This document shows, one piece after another, positions 47,660 through 58,047 of a stretch of DNA of 64,000 nucleotides. Source of the DNA: a virus (taxonomy: Duplodnaviria; Caudoviricetes); the IMG/VR virus record IMGVR_UViG_3300030055_000003. One strand, 5' to 3'. The notes under the pieces are model-generated. The model was given only the letters and a program-made list of their open reading frames with translations, was not told where the DNA came from and searched no databases. Numbering within the stretch: position 1 is the stretch's first letter; each line of letters opens with the position of its first letter. The translations under genes were made by a program, and so were the position numbers.

Positions 47660-47920
47660 TTATATTTTAATTTCTGTTACTTCATCTTTAATTTCTATTT
47701 CTTTATCCTTATTAAAATCGTAATGTGTTGTGCTATTCATTGTAATTTTACTTTGAAAATAGAATTTTTCATTACAATTATCTGTTAAACATCTAGCTAC
47801 AAATTCTACATATTTTTGACTTTCTATTTCTACTAACTTGTAATCATTAGTTAATTGATAGTTGCATTGTTCACATCTTGGACAGTAGATTTTGTTTTCT
47901 TTTAGAATTGCTTTAAACAT
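47660..47920 (-). CDS. Zinc-ribbon protein
   Basis: CPRC...C....C. Confidence 0.6.
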   Translation of the reverse strand: MFKAILKENKIYCPRCEQCNYQLTNDYKLVEIESQKYVEFVARCLTDNCNEKFYFQSKITMNSTTHYDFNKDKEIEIKDEVTEIKI

Positions 47921-47941
47921 TTTGTTTTGCTTCCTTCTTTC

Positions 47942-48148
47942 TTAACTACATAATAATGTAACTGTAAGTTGCTTACCTTGATTATTTCTATAATAGTAAT
48001 AGGTATTTAAATAATCTATTTCTACATTGTATTCTTCAAATCCTAAGTCTTGTAATTCTTTAAATTTTAAGTTCATTTCTTTTATACTTTCTTCTTCCCA
48101 ATCACGGTATATGTAATCACCTTTATTTTGATCTATGAAAATATTCAT
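47942..48148 (-). CDS. Hypothetical protein
   Basis: ORF with RBS AAGGAGA. Confidence 0.55.
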   Translation of the reverse strand: MNIFIDQNKGDYIYRDWEEESIKEMNLKFKELQDLGFEEYNVEIDYLNTYYYYRNNQGKQLTVTLLCS

Positions 48149-48179
48149 TTATTAATTTATCTCCTTTATTCTTTATTTT

Positions 48180-48335
48180 TTAAACTATAGTGGGTTGTTC
48201 ATTTATTGTAAACATAACATCAGATAACATATCATGTTTTGCTAACTTTTCATCATCTGATATTGCTTGATACAACACCATGTCATAATATTTTCTTAAT
48301 TCATCTTTAAGTTTATCTGCATCTATTAATCTCAT
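48180..48335 (-). CDS. Small phage protein of the MRLIDAD type (51 aa)
   Basis: Below the track cutoff; MRLIDADKLK...INEQPTIV; RBS AAGGAGA. Confidence 0.65.
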   Translation of the reverse strand: MRLIDADKLKDELRKYYDMVLYQAISDDEKLAKHDMLSDVMFTINEQPTIV

Positions 48336-48399
48336 TCTATATTTTTCTCCTTTTTATATATTATTTAATTTATTTAACTAGTTAAAATTCGACATTTAA

Positions 48400-48603
48400 C
48401 TAGATTTGTTCAGATTCAATTAATGTCTTACATATCTTTCTTATTTCCAATTCTAAACCTTTTTCATTATTTATCTTTTCATAAAATTGTTCTTTATTAA
48501 TTTTTAATTCTTCCAACAGAATATTTTCAAATATTATATGTATATCATTTGTTTTAGTATCCAAGTACACTTCAAATAGTTTAACTTTATTTTCTTGTAA
48601 CAT
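48400..48603 (-). CDS. Hypothetical protein
   Basis: ORF with RBS AAGGAGA. Confidence 0.55.
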   Translation of the reverse strand: MLQENKVKLFEVYLDTKTNDIHIIFENILLEELKINKEQFYEKINNEKGLELEIRKICKTLIESEQI

Positions 48604-48635
48604 CTTTTATTTCTCCTTTAATTATATTAATTTAT

Positions 48636-48938
48636 TTACTTTTTTATGTATCCACAGTCACAACCATATTTATACATGGTTTCATATACTTCTCTTCCTT
48701 GCATCTCTCCTCTTGGCTCGTCCCATTTATCAAGAAGAATTAAGCTTTCGCCACAGCTAGGACATCTATCAGTTCTGTCAGCTAGTGAGTTCTTATCTTC
48801 TTCTAATTTATCGGCTAGTTCTTTAGGATTTTTACGAATATCTGAAACTAATATATTCAAATCTTGTATTGTTTCACTTACTTCATGATTATTCCTATTT
48901 ATCATTTGTATTAATTCATATGTATCTGTATTTATCAA
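48636..48938 (-). CDS. Hypothetical protein with C-terminal zinc ribbon
   Basis: RCPSCG...CDCG. Confidence 0.6.
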   Translation of the reverse strand: MINTDTYELIQMINRNNHEVSETIQDLNILVSDIRKNPKELADKLEEDKNSLADRTDRCPSCGESLILLDKWDEPRGEMQGREVYETMYKYGCDCGYIKK

Positions 48939-48973
48939 TTTCTTATCACCTCTTTCCTTTATTGGTTAATCTT

Positions 48974-49022
48974 AGTTTACTACTTACAAAGTTATTTGTC
49001 AACTTAATTCTATTAATTTATT
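48974..49022 (-). promoter_or_regulatory. sigmaA promoter with upstream AATAAATTAATA box
   Basis: AATAAATTAATA-N8-TTGACA-N17-TAAACT. Confidence 0.7.
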
Positions 49023-49038
49023 TAAGTTTATATAATTT

Positions 49039-49070
49039 AAGCTAACAAGATTTTGTTTCCTGTTAGCTTT
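49039..49070 (-). terminator. Terminator after the topoisomerase operon
   Basis: AAGCTAACA...TGTTAGCTT stem. Confidence 0.6.
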
Positions 49071-49124
49071 AATATTAGCATTATTGGATTGTTATGTCAA
49101 TAGTTTGTTTATAGTTTTGTTAAT

Positions 49125-51194
49125 TTATTGTTTAATTGATAGAACTTTTGCTGAGGTTACTTTCCAGTTCTCCTTTTTTGATTTAAAAACTGTAACCCCT
49201 TGGGTTGAACGTGATGATTTTGCATTTACATTAGATGTATTAATGACTTTCACTTTGTTAAATGAATCAGTTAATTCTATTTCTACATCATCTGTTATTT
49301 GAACAATCAATAAAGGTAATCCATTCTCACTACTAGTCAAACAATTGGACAACTTAGTTCTATTGGTTTTCGTCTCATAACTTGAAAGATTAACCTTAGC
49401 TATTTTACCTGAATCATAGACTATAACTACATAGCCTTTATAATTATTTGTACATAACATTCCTATAATTGATTCATCATTAGATAGTCCTAACATAGTA
49501 GGAAGATATATGCCTAATTGTGATGGCTTAGATTCAGATATATCTGATAAGTTTAACATATAAGCATCACCTTTATTTGATATAAATATTACCTTACCTT
49601 TATTTGAGCATTGAATGGTACTAATGACTTCATCGTTTTCTTTTAATTTTTGATTATCTGCATCTGCAAATCTTCTTGTTTTCTTATAATACATACTATT
49701 TGTTAAAATATTTGTAGTTGTAAAATCTTCAATTAAATCCCTATTATCTATTTTAATGACTTTATCTTCATATAGGATATCTGTTTTTCTAGTTTGATTA
49801 TACTTCTTTTTAACTTCGTCAAGTTGTTCAATGATAATGTTATTTATATTTTCTTCTAAAGATAAGGTACTAGATATATTTTCTATTTCTTTAGATATAT
49901 TATCAACATCTTTTATTCTATTATTTATATAACCTTTATTAATATTTAATAATTTAATAGATACAACATATTCTGCTTGTTCTTTATCTAAATTAAATTC
50001 ATGCATAACATTATTAGTTGCGTCATCATCATTTTTTGAATTTCTTATCACCTCTAAAACTCTATCTAAATCTACCAATATTGATTTCAAGCCAGTCAAT
50101 TTATGTAATCTATCATTTAATTTATCATAATCAAATTGTAATTCGTTTTTAATACATACTTGTCTATGATAAATCCATTTATTAAAAATATCTTGTAATG
50201 ATACTAATACTGGAGTTTTTCCATCTAAGTCAAGTATTGTAAAATTACAAGCAAACTTACTTTCATAGGATGTAAATTTTCTTAATTTTTGAATTACTGT
50301 CTCAATATCTGCATTCTTTTTTAAATATAATTCTAGTTTTAGACCATCTTTATCTGAACCATTGTGATAATCAGTTAATTCTTTAGAGAATTTGTCTATG
50401 TTATTTTCTAGTTCATCTTCTATATTTTCAATATAAGTAGTATAAGGAATTTCATAAATTGTAATTGTATTAGTATCTTTGTCATATTTATATTTTCCAA
50501 GTATAGTAAATGACCCATTTCCAGTTGTATAAATTTTATCAAATATGTTTTTGTCATAAATAATTTGACCACCACTAGGTAAATCAGGGACTTTTATTAA
50601 CTCAATTGATTTATTTATATCTTTTGTTTTTATATATGATGTTATACTACTACAAACATCTTCCATATTATGAGAAGGCATTCTATTTGCTTCTGCAACT
50701 GCAATACTTATTCTCAAATTGGTTAGTATATTAGGTATTTTAGATGGTAGGAATACGGGTTCTTTTTCAGTGGCATCATAATTCCATTTCATTGGAACTG
50801 CATTTTTATTTATCCCTTCCAACATGTTTTCAGCATATGTATCTAGCTTGCATTCTATATATCTAGGAGCTGAACCTTTACCATCTCTAGAATTCTTATT
50901 TCCATAACTTCCTTTAGGGACTAAATATTTGTTTAATGAATAATTATTTCCTAGATTCTTCATAACTCCATAAAGCGGAGCATCTCCTAATGTATAATAA
51001 TTAAATATAGCACCACCAGCTTTTAACATTTTATAAAATTGTTTATCGCTTGTCATTCCTGCTTTTTTCATCCCCCAAATAACTTGTCTCTGAGAAACTA
51101 ATAATCCATCTATTGATGGCAAATTATTAATTATTACAGGTGCAGTAAAATCTAACATTTCGGTTTGTAAAACTTCTACTATTCCTTTTTTCAT
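49125..51194 (-). CDS. gyrA: Type IIA topoisomerase subunit A (GyrA/ParC-like)
   Basis: LPSIDGL, GDAPLY, SAPRY (catalytic Tyr), EPVFLPS, PDLPSGG, IYEIPY; reduced C-terminal pinwheel repeats. Gyrase versus topo IV activity cannot be assigned. Confidence 0.85.
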   Translation of the reverse strand: MKKGIVEVLQTEMLDFTAPVIINNLPSIDGLLVSQRQVIWGMKKAGMTSDKQFYKMLKAGGAIFNYYTLGDAPLYGVMKNLGNNYSLNKYLVPKGSYGNKNSRDGKGSAPRYIECKLDTYAENMLEGINKNAVPMKWNYDATEKEPVFLPSKIPNILTNLRISIAVAEANRMPSHNMEDVCSSITSYIKTKDINKSIELIKVPDLPSGGQIIYDKNIFDKIYTTGNGSFTILGKYKYDKDTNTITIYEIPYTTYIENIEDELENNIDKFSKELTDYHNGSDKDGLKLELYLKKNADIETVIQKLRKFTSYESKFACNFTILDLDGKTPVLVSLQDIFNKWIYHRQVCIKNELQFDYDKLNDRLHKLTGLKSILVDLDRVLEVIRNSKNDDDATNNVMHEFNLDKEQAEYVVSIKLLNINKGYINNRIKDVDNISKEIENISSTLSLEENINNIIIEQLDEVKKKYNQTRKTDILYEDKVIKIDNRDLIEDFTTTNILTNSMYYKKTRRFADADNQKLKENDEVISTIQCSNKGKVIFISNKGDAYMLNLSDISESKPSQLGIYLPTMLGLSNDESIIGMLCTNNYKGYVVIVYDSGKIAKVNLSSYETKTNRTKLSNCLTSSENGLPLLIVQITDDVEIELTDSFNKVKVINTSNVNAKSSRSTQGVTVFKSKKENWKVTSAKVLSIKQ

Positions 51195-51207
51195 TTTATA
51201 ATTCCTC

Positions 51208-53208
51208 CTAATTAATTTCTTCTAAGTTTACATTTGTTATAAATTCTTTAACGAATTCCTTTCTTGGCTGAGTATTCTCTCCCATATAATCTTCAAAATA
51301 CTTAGCTACAATTTCATCAAAATTATCATATGTAACTTGAATAAATGTCTTCTCTCTAACTTCTGGACACAATACCTTTTCCCAAAAATCATCGGCATTT
51401 ATTTCTCCGATTCCTTTCACTATTCCTATATTGTATATATCATTAGTGTCTATTGTCTTCATTAATTCTTCTTTTTCTCTGTCATTATATGCATATATCA
51501 TTTCTCCACTTTTCATTTTAATTTCATATCTTGGAGAAATTATTATATAAACTCTATCTTCTTTTAATAAAGTTGGTAAATATTTATATATAAAAGTTAA
51601 TAAGGCAAGACGAATTCCTGACCCCCAGCAATCAGCATCTGTAAGTATTCCTATATTTCCATATCTTAAATTGTTCTTATCAAATGTTTTTATATCTTTG
51701 AATGCTTTCCTTTCTTCATATGGAATTTCTATACCACAACCTAATGCAGATATTAAAGTAAACGCAGGAACATTATTTAAAACTCTATCTACAGTGGTTT
51801 TTAAACAGGAAATAAATCTTCCTTTCAAACCAACAGCTCCCATCGTATTATTATCATAACTATCAACTACTGTAGATTTAGCAGAAAGCCCTTCCACAAC
51901 TAATAAAAATCTTTCATCTAATGCACTTTTCTTCATATTGCAATCTGTCAAACCCTCTATTTTAACTCTTCCGCTTTTATTTGCTTCTTCAAGTTTCTTT
52001 TTTATGTTCTTTTTAGCAACTTCTCCATGTTCTCGTACTCTTTTATTAATTAATATTTGATTGCTTATAAGTGAACCAATTAATGGATTCTCAGTAAAAA
52101 AGATATATAATTTCTCTCTTAAAAAATCAGTTACATGAGATTGCATAAATTTAGATTTAATCTTTTTCTTAGCTTGATCTGTATATAATGAAATAGTTGA
52201 ATATGTATCACTAATTATTACTAAACTGTCTTGAATATCGTCAAATGTCACTTTCTTTTCTTTGTTTTTATATAAATTTTTTTCAGTTATGTATTTGTCA
52301 ATAGCATAAGTAAATCCATTTTTAATAAAGTCTTGGGGCGTTCCCCCATTTTCAAGAAAGGAAGAATTGTGATAGTACTGAATTAAATTAATATCATTAT
52401 TAAAGGCAAAAGTGATATTAGACTTAATGACGAATATCTCATCATCTTTATTTTCTCGACCTTCTCCTTCAGTTGTCCATTTAATTATATCTGTTAAAGA
52501 TGATTGTTTAGTATCTAATTCTTTAATATAATCAATAGTTCCATTTTCATAATAAAAAACTAATTCTTCATCTGTATTTTCATCTTTATAAGTAAATTTC
52601 AAGTCATCATTTATAATTGCTTGTTGTTGCAATATATCAATTATAAATTCTTTTGTTATATCATTATCGCCTTTAAATACTTCTTTAGATGGTATCCAAT
52701 GTATGATAGTTCCAGTAGAATCAAAATTATGAGTAGTTTCTTCAAACTCACCAACTTGAATTCCTTTTTCATACCTTACATGATATTTTATATTGTTAGG
52801 TGCAAATGCAGTAGCCTCTAAAAAATCAGCAGTCGCCGAGCTACCAAAATTTCCCATTCCATTTGTGCCACATGACCATTTATAATTACCATTTTTAGTT
52901 TTTGAATTGTTTTCATATTTTCCACCAGACCACATTTCTTCAAATATCTTTTTATAAGCATATTCCCCTTGTGAATTTTTAGCCATTGGTAACGAACGTC
53001 CAAAATCTTGAATAGAAATAGAATTATCTTTATATTTTGTTACTATGATTTGTTTTCCATATCCTTCTCTATATTCATCAATAGCATTCATTAGTATTTC
53101 TATGAATGTATGTGAATGAGATTCAAGTCCTATTGACGCAGGTTTTGCACGTACTCCACCTAAAATACCTAATGATTGTATTGAGTCTGTATTATATGTG
53201 TTGCTCAT
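51208..53208 (-). CDS. gyrB: Type IIA topoisomerase subunit B (GyrB/ParE-like)
   Basis: GHKL ATPase EILMNAIDE, DFGRSLP, GGKY, NGMG; TOPRIM VEGLSA, TDADCWG, KGIGEIN. Confidence 0.88.
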   Translation of the reverse strand: MSNTYNTDSIQSLGILGGVRAKPASIGLESHSHTFIEILMNAIDEYREGYGKQIIVTKYKDNSISIQDFGRSLPMAKNSQGEYAYKKIFEEMWSGGKYENNSKTKNGNYKWSCGTNGMGNFGSSATADFLEATAFAPNNIKYHVRYEKGIQVGEFEETTHNFDSTGTIIHWIPSKEVFKGDNDITKEFIIDILQQQAIINDDLKFTYKDENTDEELVFYYENGTIDYIKELDTKQSSLTDIIKWTTEGEGRENKDDEIFVIKSNITFAFNNDINLIQYYHNSSFLENGGTPQDFIKNGFTYAIDKYITEKNLYKNKEKKVTFDDIQDSLVIISDTYSTISLYTDQAKKKIKSKFMQSHVTDFLREKLYIFFTENPLIGSLISNQILINKRVREHGEVAKKNIKKKLEEANKSGRVKIEGLTDCNMKKSALDERFLLVVEGLSAKSTVVDSYDNNTMGAVGLKGRFISCLKTTVDRVLNNVPAFTLISALGCGIEIPYEERKAFKDIKTFDKNNLRYGNIGILTDADCWGSGIRLALLTFIYKYLPTLLKEDRVYIIISPRYEIKMKSGEMIYAYNDREKEELMKTIDTNDIYNIGIVKGIGEINADDFWEKVLCPEVREKTFIQVTYDNFDEIVAKYFEDYMGENTQPRKEFVKEFITNVNLEEIN

Positions 53209-53286
53209 TATGATATTACCTCCTGTAAGTTTAAATTTTTAAATTGTTCTTTTACCTCTCTTTTAATTATATTAATTTATTTAAAT

Positions 53287-53520
53287 CTAATATGTAAGTT
53301 TGTAAATATCATAGTCAATATCAGTAAGACTCTCATATTCCAATAGTTTTACATCTTCATCATATTCTTCTTTTAATTTAGTCAGTAAGATATCTCTGAT
53401 AGTCTCATCTCTTTCAAAATCATCAACTATATCAATATCTTCCTCAATAGTCATAACTGTATCTGTATGTATTTCATGACCATCTCTATAAAGTTCTATT
53501 AAACATTTGTAATCTATCAT
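53287..53520 (-). CDS. Hypothetical acidic protein
   Basis: ORF in the early array. Confidence 0.55.
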   Translation of the reverse strand: MIDYKCLIELYRDGHEIHTDTVMTIEEDIDIVDDFERDETIRDILLTKLKEEYDEDVKLLEYESLTDIDYDIYKLTY

Positions 53521-53823
53521 CTATACTTCCTCACTTTCTAAATCAATTTTAAATTCAAATTTATATGGTAAGTCTGAATTATTAAATGTTAAAAAATCAT
53601 TAAAGTTAGCAACAAACTTCTCTATTCTATCATCTATTCCAACTTCTTCAACCATTAAATCTTGAAAGCAAGTAGTATTACCTTTTTCATTAGTGATATA
53701 ATACCAAACGTCATATGCACAGTAATCACCACTAATTTCAACTTTATTTACTTCATATTCTTTTTGAGTCTCAAACCCATTTTCTATATCTTGTTCAAAC
53801 AAGCCATTTAATTTAATCTTCAT
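53521..53823 (-). CDS. Hypothetical protein
   Basis: ORF with RBS AAGGAGA. Confidence 0.55.
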   Translation of the reverse strand: MKIKLNGLFEQDIENGFETQKEYEVNKVEISGDYCAYDVWYYITNEKGNTTCFQDLMVEEVGIDDRIEKFVANFNDFLTFNNSDLPYKFEFKIDLESEEV

Positions 53824-53886
53824 TTCAATATCTCCTTACATCTATTAATTTATTAATACCCTTTAAAATTTCTCTTTTAAGACCAT

Positions 53887-54570
53887 CTAATTAAAATAAC
53901 TTTGCTTATACCAGTAACAGTCAAAAGCATTATCAACACAAAAATGTTCATCATGATAGTCTTTATCTTTAAACTCATGAAAATATCCAAATTTCAATAT
54001 TCGTTTTTCTGTCTCATCTAATTGTTGATCTTCATCAATTTTCTTGTGAACACCTTCAATAGTATCTGATAAATACATTCCCTCTCTGCCATCACAACAA
54101 CCAAAGAATATCTTATATGTATATAGTAATTCAGCAGTATTTAATAAGATTTGTTTTACATCATTATCATATCCAAATCTTTCTTGATTAAAATTAATAC
54201 TTCTAATTAAATCACCATCATTATGCCTCAAAGTTGCAGACTTCAAATCAGCTAATAATTCCATAATATCAATTAAAGTCATGCCTTGTATTCCATTTCT
54301 AAAGTGTTCTGGATGATGTCTATTTGAATTATAATGATGACTTAATGCTACTTGCATTTCTTTAAGGAATTCCTTATATTCATCACTTCCATATGTACTT
54401 CCAACTAATTTAGGAGTATATTCACAAAATATTTCTACTTCAGGACTTTCTAATTTACTTTTATCATGAAGTTTACCTCTTTGTTCTAAGTCTAAACTCC
54501 ATTTGTTCAATATATTCTTTACATTGTCAATATGTTTCTGAGTTTCTTTTCTACATTCTTTAATATTCAT
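53887..54570 (-). CDS. DUF5662-family HD-like protein
   Basis: HIDNV...LHDKSKL...HHYNSNRHHPEH...IMELLADL; ATG at 54570 after GGAGGA. Confidence 0.7.
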   Translation of the reverse strand: MNIKECRKETQKHIDNVKNILNKWSLDLEQRGKLHDKSKLESPEVEIFCEYTPKLVGSTYGSDEYKEFLKEMQVALSHHYNSNRHHPEHFRNGIQGMTLIDIMELLADLKSATLRHNDGDLIRSINFNQERFGYDNDVKQILLNTAELLYTYKIFFGCCDGREGMYLSDTIEGVHKKIDEDQQLDETEKRILKFGYFHEFKDKDYHDEHFCVDNAFDCYWYKQSYFN

Positions 54571-54929
54571 TCTTATTTGTCCTCCTTTTAATACAATTGT
54601 TCTTTTACATTCTTTAATATATCTTGGGACTCTTTCATCCACAATCCCACTTATCATTTATTAATCCTTCTTTTAACATTTCTTAAATCCAACCTTGTAC
54701 TGTATTTAATCTGTAGTATAAAGCTTTTCTTTCCTCATATTCAAAGCATCTTAAATCCTTTGGCATTTAAATTCTACCACCTTTCTATATTAATTTATTA
54801 TATTCTTATAAAATGCGAATTTGATTTAAATTTAGTTCTATAATATTCGTATTACTATTATATTTTATCGTAATTTTTATCACTTCTGAACTTTTCTAAG
54901 TTACATCATTCGTATTTTATATTTGTAAT

Positions 54930-55268
54930 TTATATGAATTTGATTTTTAGAAAATTCTCTAAATAGTAACAATATTTATTATAAAGTTCTTCTGATACAT
55001 TTTCTAATTGTATATTTGTCTTTTTCAATTCTTTTTCTTTGAACCCACAAATCCAGTGTTTGTTTGATTTTTCATCATAACTTAATACATATACATAATT
55101 ATCTATTCCAGACCAATTTTTAATTATCCCTATTTGCTCTTTATCCATTTCATCTTTTGGAACTATTACTACTTCGCCAATATGAAAATCATGTTTGTTG
55201 TTACTATAATATTCTTCATGTTTTTTAACATAATAAATAAATTCTTCTTCTGATAATGTTTTTCTCAT
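54930..55268 (-). CDS. Hypothetical protein (SH3-like barrel possible)
   Basis: FHIGEVVIVP...GIIK...VYV...FKEKELKK. Confidence 0.55.
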   Translation of the reverse strand: MRKTLSEEEFIYYVKKHEEYYSNNKHDFHIGEVVIVPKDEMDKEQIGIIKNWSGIDNYVYVLSYDEKSNKHWICGFKEKELKKTNIQLENVSEELYNKYCYYLENFLKIKFI

Positions 55269-55597
55269 AATCTCACCTCTTTACTTTTCATCCACATATT
55301 AAACCTGTTAAATTGTGCCTCAACCATATAACATAAATCTTTTAATTCTGATTCTATATCCTTTTTGACTAAAACATTTTCTTCATCAATTAGTTCTTCA
55401 ACTGATTTAACTAAAGATTTTGTTATAATAGAAAATCTATCAACTTGTTTTTTAATATCTTGAATGCCATCTTCTCTTCCTTTAAAGTATTCTCCTCTAA
55501 ACAATAATATGAACACTTGTCTTTGTTCTTTGGATATCTTATTTCCTTCAATTAATTCGTCCACTAACTTTTCAATTTCTTTATCTTCCTTACTCAT
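55265..55597 (-). CDS. Hypothetical protein
   Basis: ORF with RBS AGAGGTGA. Confidence 0.55.
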   Translation of the reverse strand: MSKEDKEIEKLVDELIEGNKISKEQRQVFILLFRGEYFKGREDGIQDIKKQVDRFSIITKSLVKSVEELIDEENVLVKKDIESELKDLCYMVEAQFNRFNMWMKSKEVRL

Positions 55598-55648
55598 AAT
55601 TTCACCTCTTTTACTTCTATTAATTTATTTCCAAATAAAACAAGCTTT

Positions 55649-56083
55649 TTAAAACGATGTAGTATAATCCGTGTTGCAATTATTTATAGCTTTTTCAGGA
55701 TTTTCAAAAATATTTCCTATGATTTCAATGTCTTCATTACATTCTAATTCAGACCAAGATTCAAAATTATCTCTTTGTAAATACCATCCTGCATTCATAC
55801 CTAATCCATCATGTAAATTTGCTAAATATGTAACTACGTAGCCAGAACTATCAATATATCCTTCATAGATTTCTTTGTTGTTTTTATCTTTAAATCCTAC
55901 ATATTCTAAAAGTATATATCTTTCAGATACATCTATTTTTTCTAAATGTTCCATTCCCCAGTAACCTTTTAGACTTACTTCATATATTTTTCCATCAGCT
56001 AAATACAAATCATATCCATCAAGTTCATCCATACAATTATTAACTTTATCCCAAACTTTATATTTATGTTTTCTACTCATCAA
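55649..56083 (-). CDS. YopX-family protein
   Basis: HKYKVWDK...LLEYVGFKDKNNKEIYEG...IEIIGNIFENPE. Confidence 0.9.
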   Translation of the reverse strand: MMSRKHKYKVWDKVNNCMDELDGYDLYLADGKIYEVSLKGYWGMEHLEKIDVSERYILLEYVGFKDKNNKEIYEGYIDSSGYVVTYLANLHDGLGMNAGWYLQRDNFESWSELECNEDIEIIGNIFENPEKAINNCNTDYTTSF

Positions 56084-56312
56084 TTTCGCTCTCCAATCTA
56101 TCTATTTTTCTTTCTAGTTCGTCATTATAACTATTAGCATCGTCTAGTTCAGCTTCAAGTTCCTCTATTCTAATAACACTTCCATCTACATTATTAAAAC
56201 TATCTTCAAGCAACTCAAATATTTCTTTATCTATGTACTCTTTAATTTGTGGCAATATATTTTGCTTTTCATAAATTGTAACTGTTTGTCCATTCTCCAA
56301 TGTTATAACCAT
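56073..56312 (-). CDS. Hypothetical coiled-coil protein
   Basis: RBS AAGGAGGG. Confidence 0.6.
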   Translation of the reverse strand: MVITLENGQTVTIYEKQNILPQIKEYIDKEIFELLEDSFNNVDGSVIRIEELEAELDDANSYNDELERKIDRLESEIDE

Positions 56313-56314
56313 AT

Positions 56315-56473
56315 TTACTCGCCCTCCTTATTTTTAACTATTGGTCGTTCTTTAAATATATCATTTAACATTTGTGTGGCTTCTTCATATGAATAATTAT
56401 ATTCTCTACACCACTTATAGATAACTTCGTTTAATTCATTTATTAATTCTTCTTTGCTAGTTCTATATTTCAT
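56315..56473 (-). CDS. Hypothetical protein (52 aa)
   Basis: Below the track cutoff; RBS GAGGAGGG; MKYRTSKEELINELNEVIYKWCREY. Confidence 0.55.
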   Translation of the reverse strand: MKYRTSKEELINELNEVIYKWCREYNYSYEEATQMLNDIFKERPIVKNKEGE

Positions 56474-56690
56474 TATTACCCTCCTCACTTATTTTTCTGA
56501 TACCTAAATCATTGTTTTCTTTTATAAATTCAGATTTACCACCTAATAATATCGCTCCTGTATATATTTGACCTTTTAATAAGTCATCTATCATATTTTC
56601 TATTCTATTAATAACTTCTTTATGATCTTCATCATTAGTAAATCCAAAATTTAAACTTAAATTAAATCCTATTATTTTGTTGTTATTCAT
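56463..56690 (-). CDS. Hypothetical protein
   Basis: RBS AAGGAGA. Confidence 0.55.
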   Translation of the reverse strand: MNNNKIIGFNLSLNFGFTNDEDHKEVINRIENMIDDLLKGQIYTGAILLGGKSEFIKENNDLGIRKISEEGNNEI

Positions 56691-56697
56691 TTGTGTA

Positions 56698-56913
56698 TCA
56701 TCTCCTTAATATTACAATTTCTTTAACATCATCAAAATCGATTTCCATTTCTGAATTTTCTCTATTCAAATAAATTGTACTTTCATCTGAAAAGTTATAG
56801 TCACCAATTAATATTTCATCATTATGTAAGTATATTTTTATGGTATCTCCTTCGTTAATAATTAAATCATTAAATTTTAAAGTCCATATTGTTTTTAAAT
56901 TCATTATTACCAA
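56698..56913 (-). CDS. Hypothetical protein
   Basis: ORF in the early array. Confidence 0.55.
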   Translation of the reverse strand: MVIMNLKTIWTLKFNDLIINEGDTIKIYLHNDEILIGDYNFSDESTIYLNRENSEMEIDFDDVKEIVILRR

Positions 56914-56920
56914 TCCTTCC

Positions 56921-57373
56921 TTATATTCTATTTTTGATATCTTTTAATTCTTCTTCTATAAATTTTACTCTTGCTTGTAAGTTTTCTTTTCTCTTTTGTT
57001 CAGAATATACAATAGATAAGTTATGAGCCTCCAATTCTGATTGCTTAAATTCATCTACTAAAATTTTATCAATTCCTTCTGATATGTAAAACTCACTATC
57101 ACAACAATTGCAGATTGCACAATGTTTTTGAAAGTCGTCATATAATACCGTTTCATCTTCTATACCTTTGTATTTGTTTATTTTATAATTATTAAATTTT
57201 ATACCTTCTTCTATACTTTGAACCAACTTGTTTTTATACTTTTCTTTAAATATTGTATGATTTAATTTATCTTTAATTTTAAAGCTAATATCTACTAATA
57301 ATATTGGAATAAATATTATTAAAATCATGAATATAATCATAAATAATATTATCAGTAATTCATTCATATTCAA
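56921..57373 (-). CDS. Membrane-anchored hypothetical protein
   Basis: N-terminal TM; CAICNCC motif. Confidence 0.6.
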   Translation of the reverse strand: MNMNELLIILFMIIFMILIIFIPILLVDISFKIKDKLNHTIFKEKYKNKLVQSIEEGIKFNNYKINKYKGIEDETVLYDDFQKHCAICNCCDSEFYISEGIDKILVDEFKQSELEAHNLSIVYSEQKRKENLQARVKFIEEELKDIKNRI

Positions 57374-57436
57374 TTATCACCCTTTCTTAATTACATTAAT
57401 TCGTTATATTCATTTAAAATCCAAGTTTTATTTGGA

Positions 57437-57724
57437 CTATGGTTTATCTTTAAAATCATCACAAGTAAAACCCCACCCACATGAACATTTATGTAATTTA
57501 CACCAACCACCCTCTATATAATATGGATAATTTTTAATAAAATTTTTACATCCTTCACATTCTCCTTCAAAACCTTGTAATGGTTCTGAAACATATATCC
57601 CATCATGTGTCTTTATTAGATTAATATTTTCCTTTTTAGGTAATGGATTATCTTCTAACCATTTAGCTTGAGTTTCTTTTTCTTCTTTAGTTGAAAAAAA
57701 TGCTTTTCTAAAATTTGCAAACAT
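57437..57724 (-). CDS. Hypothetical Cys-rich protein
   Basis: CEGCKNF...GWCKLH...FTCDDF. Confidence 0.6.
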   Translation of the reverse strand: MFANFRKAFFSTKEEKETQAKWLEDNPLPKKENINLIKTHDGIYVSEPLQGFEGECEGCKNFIKNYPYYIEGGWCKLHKCSCGWGFTCDDFKDKP

Positions 57725-57792
57725 AATTTCACTTCCTTCCATAAAATTATCTTACCATAGATTTTTAATTAATTCAATATGTTTCTATTAAT

Positions 57793-58047
57793 TTATTTAG
57801 ATTTATATAAGATCTTTATAACAATTTTATAATATAATCTAATGAAAAATCCCACTATATCATCAAAGAACCATTGTATTTTAGTAATAATCTTTTTATA
57901 CCAAGGTAAACTATTATAATATTCATAAATTAAATCCCATGCAGATTTCATATTATTTAATTGTTCTTGCCCTCTTTTACTTCTAGTAACTTCACTAGTA
58001 TCTATAGTTTCAATTGTTGAGCCATTTTTGAGTTCTATTTTATTCAT
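57793..58047 (-). CDS. Small protein with a terminase-like IxFxNGSxI motif
   Basis: MNKIELKNGSTIETIDTSEVTRSKRG; ATG at 58047 after GGAGAGTG. Confidence 0.55.
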   Translation of the reverse strand: MNKIELKNGSTIETIDTSEVTRSKRGQEQLNNMKSAWDLIYEYYNSLPWYKKIITKIQWFFDDIVGFFIRLYYKIVIKILYKSK

